The notes beneath the pieces were generated by a model. It was not told the DNA's origin. It saw only the letters and a program-made list of their open reading frames with translations, and did not search any database. The position numbers and the translations under genes were made by a program. Positions 54,354 through 59,321 of a DNA stretch of 59,321 nucleotides are shown one piece after another. The stretch is from NCBI GenBank assembly GCA_000934665.2, contig JYFJ02002311.1, positions 1 to 59,321 of the forward strand, written 5' to 3'. The stretch comes from Catajapyx aquilonaris. Lineage: Eukaryota. How positions within the stretch are numbered: the first letter of the stretch is position 1; the number at the start of each line of letters is the position of its first letter.

Positions 54354-56979
54354 TTAAGGGTGTTGGAGAAGCAGTTCGACGTCCAATGGTTTCCTTGCCG
54401 AACAAGGTATGAATGGATTCCTGCAAAAGTACATGAAATAACAGTTACATAGACCTGCTCTCGTGCCGAAAGCTGGGAAGGAAATCAACAGATGGCGCAT
54501 GCTGTTTCTTCCCAAATTCTCAGCAAGACATGACGATATCGTTTTTAAACTTACGAGTGCCCAGGTGTGAAGAAGGCATACTCCTGCACCTCCTCGATGT
54601 CCGTAGTGTCGCAAATGTAATCAGACAGCTTTCTATGTAGTATCTCGATCATCTGGTCCTGACTGAAAAGACCCGGGTTCTCCAAGTGCGTGAAGAAGTA
54701 CCTGTCGCCGTACAACATCCTCTGGAACTGGTCGACCAAAATGCAAGCAAATGTAGGTCCGACCTCAGCTCCTTTCAATGGCCTCTCCCAGAAGCCAGCT
54801 ACGTACATGTCGATGTCTTCGGGGTGCCTATGAGAAGTACGGTCGTATTATACGTGTGGTGTACCGGTTGGTATATACTTACTGGTAGAGCTGTTGAAGT
54901 TTGGCCCATGCTTTGGGTGAAAACTCTGGAGGCTTGTCATGGTAGCTTCGAATTGGGCTGAGTCCACAGTACTTTCGGTATGCGACATACCCTGGTATGC
55001 CATGGTCGCGGTTACGCTGTACGTCTCTGGCGAAGAGATCCTCGTGACGTTGGACACCAAAGAGGAAGTTGGCTGCCTCGAAGGACACCACAGGGTCAGC
55101 ACCAGAATGCGCGTTCTGGTGCAGAAGACCTCCGACCATTCTCTCCACGCCTCGAGGCTGCAGGAGGTCGCGGTTGTTCTCAAAGTCGTCTCTAAGGGCG
55201 TGACCTCCCACCTCCTCGTGACCTTCGAACAGCAGCACCAAGCTGGCGATCTGGGTATGACCGAATCTGCCGAAGAAACAGTGACATTCAGGGCATGTCC
55301 TCACGAAGAAATATTTAGAGTTATACCTAAAAGCGGCCGTGGCGAACTCGTTGGACATCGTTGCGTCAAGGTCAGGGTCATAGTGCGTATAGCGACCAGT
55401 CAGGACCAATCCGGCAGCATCCAATATTTTGGGGCCTAAAAGCGCTGGCAGGTACTCAGTATACAGGATGTTTTGCCACTCAGCCACCAGGATGCGCCTG
55501 AATTACATTAAAAACAATAATTACACATGGGACACTGTTTGAATTTAGCGCTTTGGCTCGCTTAGTCGTGCCAGGTGGCACTTTCAGCATTGCTCCCTAG
55601 AAGGCAGCACATGACGGTGATTTTGGGTCAAATGTGCTCACCTGGCTTCGTGGAAGATCTTGTCGTCACTCCAGCGTGGCCTGAGTCCCTTGATGACCAA
55701 CGCCAGACGGTTATGCTCCCTCATACCCACTGAAATCGACATATTTTGGTCAATTGTTTCCTGGAATTCTTAAGTCTCTGAGGCAACTAAGAGAAAGTTA
55801 GTGAGCTACTTACGCGTCTGCAAAGTGCTGATCATTTGGTTCTGGTTGACGCGCTCGTCTCCGGCGACGAACCCTTGTTGCTTGGAGCGTCCTCGCTGTG
55901 AAGAGTGGTATGGCTTCCTGAAGTTGGCCGTCGCGAACGGAAGAAGACCAGGGAACTGGTCATTCTCGCGAAGAAGACCTACACAGAATGTAATCAGATC
56001 GTGAACCACACAACATGGTATGTTACTCACCGTCGCGAAGTGCTCTGAGCTCAAAGTTAGAGTCGTCGTCCGAACCGTACACGTTGTCGGCGTCCAGATA
56101 CGTCGTCCTCATGTTGATCTGCTGGAAGGGCACTGAAAAGAACTCACTGTTATGCTTGTCACGCGTCACAAGCGACACCAAAAGGAAAAAAGTACCATTG
56201 AGGCAGAACGGAACCGATCGGGTGAAGTTATGGCAGGTGTCTCCTGGGAAGTTTTCGAGGTAGAAGTGGTCATCTGGAGGTACGGCGATTGGGAAGCACT
56301 CCAGAGGAGTACCGGGGTTCTGACAGCAATCCATATCTGCAATAAAATCCATGAACTTTGTCTCCTATTTTGCTTTTGATATGTACTGTACCTGATCTAT
56401 CAGGGGTCAATGTGACGTCGTGAGCAATCAGCTGACCCCATGACATGAACAAGTGTGTGTGCTTCTGGTCTAGCAGCTCGTCTCTAGGGTACAGCTCATT
56501 GCTGACCTCACGGGCTCCTGGTATATGCGAAAAGATTGTGGAGCCACGAGGAACAGTCAGGTCTGCAAGAAACGTCATTAGTGGTGACAACAAGGTTTTG
56601 GACAAGGTAACACTCACAATCTTCGTACTGAGGATGAAGCAGCCTCCTGAAGGCAAACAATGTCGCTCCCCAGCTGGGACTGCCCAGATTGTTGCAAGAA
56701 CCGTCCAACAAACGGTACTTGAGATGTGAGTCGCATCTCTGGGGTCTAGGGAAGCACCTCTGGAAGAGCGCCTGTGTGTCATTCTGTTGTTGTTGCTGCT
56801 GCTGCTGTCTCCTCTGTTGTTGTCTCTGGCTCGGTCCCTGCTGGAAGCCCTGGATGGGTGCTCCGACGAAGAAGTCCACTCTTCTGTTGGCGTCTTGCAC
56901 CAAGGGGGTCACTCTATGAGGGGTTGGCTGGGGTTGAGGCAGAAGTTGTGCAGGGCCTGCTCTTGGGTCAGGTATTGGG
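54354..56979 (-). CDS. Animal heme peroxidase (chorion peroxidase/Pxt-like); further 5' exons probably at ~57196-57399 and ~57473-57529
   Basis: [43 protein letters not shown] (distal His); [40 protein letters not shown] (distal Arg); [12 protein letters not shown] (proximal His); [34 protein letters not shown] poly-Q tract precedes the catalytic domain. Confidence 0.93.
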
Positions 56980-57020
56980 CTGTCAAAGAAATGAGTATGA
57001 CATTAATCGCGTCATACTGC

Positions 57021-57434
57021 TAGCGACATTTTCTGATACGGGAAATCGAAGTGTGATCCGTGCGAGTAAGAAGAGGTAGGCCTTGAGTGACGTCACCGGC
57101 TGTGGGGAAATGTAGAAAAGGCTCGTCCCCAGCCACTGACGTCACCCAAGGGCTACCATTTCTTACTCGCAAGGCTCTATCACTTCGATTTTCACGTCTG
57201 CCGCATTGGAAATGTCGCTATTATGCTATTCACGAGTCCTGGCCTGTTAGGCTCCACCCATCTCCTCCCAACGTCAACGGCGGAAGAAATCAGGCACTGC
57301 TGCCAAGTGCTCTCCCCCATCCTCCTGGCAGGCGTGTGAGGCCATGGCGGACGCGGACGTGGCAACCTCGCCTTCAGAGGTCGGAGGACGGGGGAGGAGC
57401 CTAACAGGCCAGGACTCGTGAATCGCATAATAGC
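57021..57434. repeat. Two abutting inverted repeats at the 5' end of the peroxidase gene
   Basis: IR-A arms at 57021-57102 and 57130-57220 (imperfect). IR-B arms at 57217-57255 and 57396-57434 (39 bp, one mismatch). Confidence 0.85.
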
Positions 57435-58886
57435 AGTACCAGCACTGTACTTTGAGATCAAAAACTGTGACTCACCTGACTTGCTCATTTTGTGTGTAGA
57501 GGATATTAGAATCGGCTGTTCCTTCTCCACACTATAAACAGAAATTAGTGGTCACCATAAATAACATACACATTCACACTTCATTGAACACTTACATCAC
57601 CCTTCTCCCCCCAATTTGGCATTACCTTCAATCGGAAATATCCTTGAAGAATTTGATTCGTAATCGTCATTCAATTCTAAGAACTAAAGGTCACGATTTT
57701 GTGAATGCACGAGACGCAAACCCAAAAGAAAAAAAAAAAATCGAAAGGTTTTTTTTTTCGTGATTGCTATGCGCGCTCTAAATTTCATGAAGGATTAACC
57801 CTTATAAGTGAAGGGGATTTGTCACTCTAGACAATCCCATAGGAAATTACGTAATCACGATCAAATTTTTTTTCCCCCCTAATACTCAGGCCATGTTATT
57901 GCACTTTTTTATGCTCTTTCTCTTTTCCTTGGGATAATTTCTCGTGATGCACGCACTTTCGATGCATTGTGAAAATAACGGTTATTTCAACCCAATGTCA
58001 AGTGTCTGTACTATTGTAACTAGTTTGTGCTCATAGGATCATTTAGGTAATGACATAGAAGCTTTGGAGGACATTGAAAAAAAAACACTTTCACATTACT
58101 GCATATAAGATTTTTTTTTGAAGGTTTGTTGTCCTCCGTTTCCTTGTTTGTGGTTGTAACACGTGATAGTATCGAACCGGAAAAAGTCTCGGACAATCAT
58201 TTAGCAACGGTACATGTCATTCCCACAGCACGAAAATTTTTCGCATGTATTATTCGACACATCCTGTCATGACTTAGTGAATGCGAGTTTGAAGGGCTAA
58301 AAAATACACAATAATACACCCCGTTTATGGAATAGCACGTGTCATAATAACAAGAGAGAAAAATGTCACGCAAACGTGGTCTTATGGAGAGAAAAAAAAT
58401 GTCTTGGACAAGGTTGAAAGATTCGCATAAATTTTTGCTTGAATTAACAATGCCAAGGACGCCTTTTGGCCTGTTTTTTTGCGTAAAAATGTGCGGATTA
58501 TATTCAATGGACAGATCCTTAGAAGCGAAAATAGGGTTAAACAATCAGGGCGTAAAAAAGGGGTAGTCATTCTTGTGTGCTCTTTTGAGGGGGGGGGGGG
58601 AAATCCAGGTGTCCAAAATAGGGTTAGATATGTTGAAAACACGTGTATGTAAGACCACACATATGCTGCACTATATACACGCACGATTTCCCGTTACTTT
58701 CTTTTCCGCGGTCTGATTTAAGCACAAATCTTGTTAAAGAGAAAACATAGTTTTCGAAATATGTACTGCAATTATGTATATTAGTGTCTTTTTGTTAATT
58801 ACGTAAATTGTCAGAACTGTTGTGAAATTAACAAACATTTAATTTTTTTAAACGTGTGTATCACTAATTTCGCACGGGGTCATTCC

Positions 58887-58938
58887 TACACTCTTAACCA
58901 TTTACCCTCTCTAGAGAAGGTAAATGGTTAAGAGTGTA
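58887..58938. repeat. 52-bp near-perfect palindrome with TA ends (possible minimal MITE)
   Basis: TACACTCTTAACCATTTACC-C-TCTCTAGAGA-A-GGTAAATGGTTAAGAGTGTA, with a single mismatched pair. Confidence 0.85.
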
Positions 58939-59321
58939 TATGCTAATATAATCTTCCTAGAAACTATTTCCTGTCAGGTAATCATACGTGTTGAGCTGCT
59001 TTAAAAAGAACCGGACACAATCAGCAGGATATCCTTATGCGATATACTCTCACTTGGTTTTTATAAAATCGCAGAAACAATGCATATCTGCATGTGTGGA
59101 AGGGGAGCTCCCTTCACCACAATCACACATGCAAATCCGGAGATTTCACCAATTAGCACATGTGCTTGCAATATCTCATTCCCAATAAAAAAATAATATC
59201 TGCCCATAACTTATACACCTTAACTAGTAAATCGGCGTGAAAGGGCAATGCTACAACGCCTCATTAGACTCACAAATCTGCAATTAACGTCGCCTTATTA
59301 CTATTCAGCTCACAGAATATG

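Noticed and set aside
54686..55439. Plus-strand ORFs up to 166 aa
   Set aside because: Antisense to peroxidase exons, with no independent splice or motif evidence.
57560..58860. AT-rich region with short ORFs, possibly decayed transposons
   Set aside because: No TIR pair, TSD or protein motif could be established.

Overview
Gene-dense, intron-rich eukaryotic DNA, most likely from a compact-genome arthropod. The evidence for this is short GT-AG introns of about 50-70 nt, ionotropic receptors, a pickpocket-type DEG/ENaC channel, a clan-2 P450, carboxylesterases and a hexapod-type tRNA SINE; the taxon is an inference. About 20 spliced genes were read by eye. In order: a divergent IR (5'-truncated), an ankyrin protein, a weak TEX47-like candidate, Custos-like, ANKRD13 head-to-head with GIT, a fibrinogen-related protein, a CYP, a carboxylesterase relic plus two intact tandem carboxylesterases, two tandem ASB3-like genes, a full-length CatSper-beta-like gene, a ppk/DEG-ENaC channel, a second IR with an acylphosphatase nested in its intron, a small orphan gene and a heme peroxidase. 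Several transposon insertions have clear target-site duplications: a SINE, a truncated LINE, hAT MITEs and a nested mariner-type fold-back MITE. The main highlights are an apparently intact CatSper-beta subunit in an arthropod-like genome, an ANKRD13-GIT divergent pair matching the vertebrate arrangement, same-strand nesting of ACYP in an IR, and a double hairpin at the 5' end of the peroxidase. CDS coordinates are gene spans including introns. Exon limits were assembled manually, homologies come from recalled family motifs, and no database search was run.
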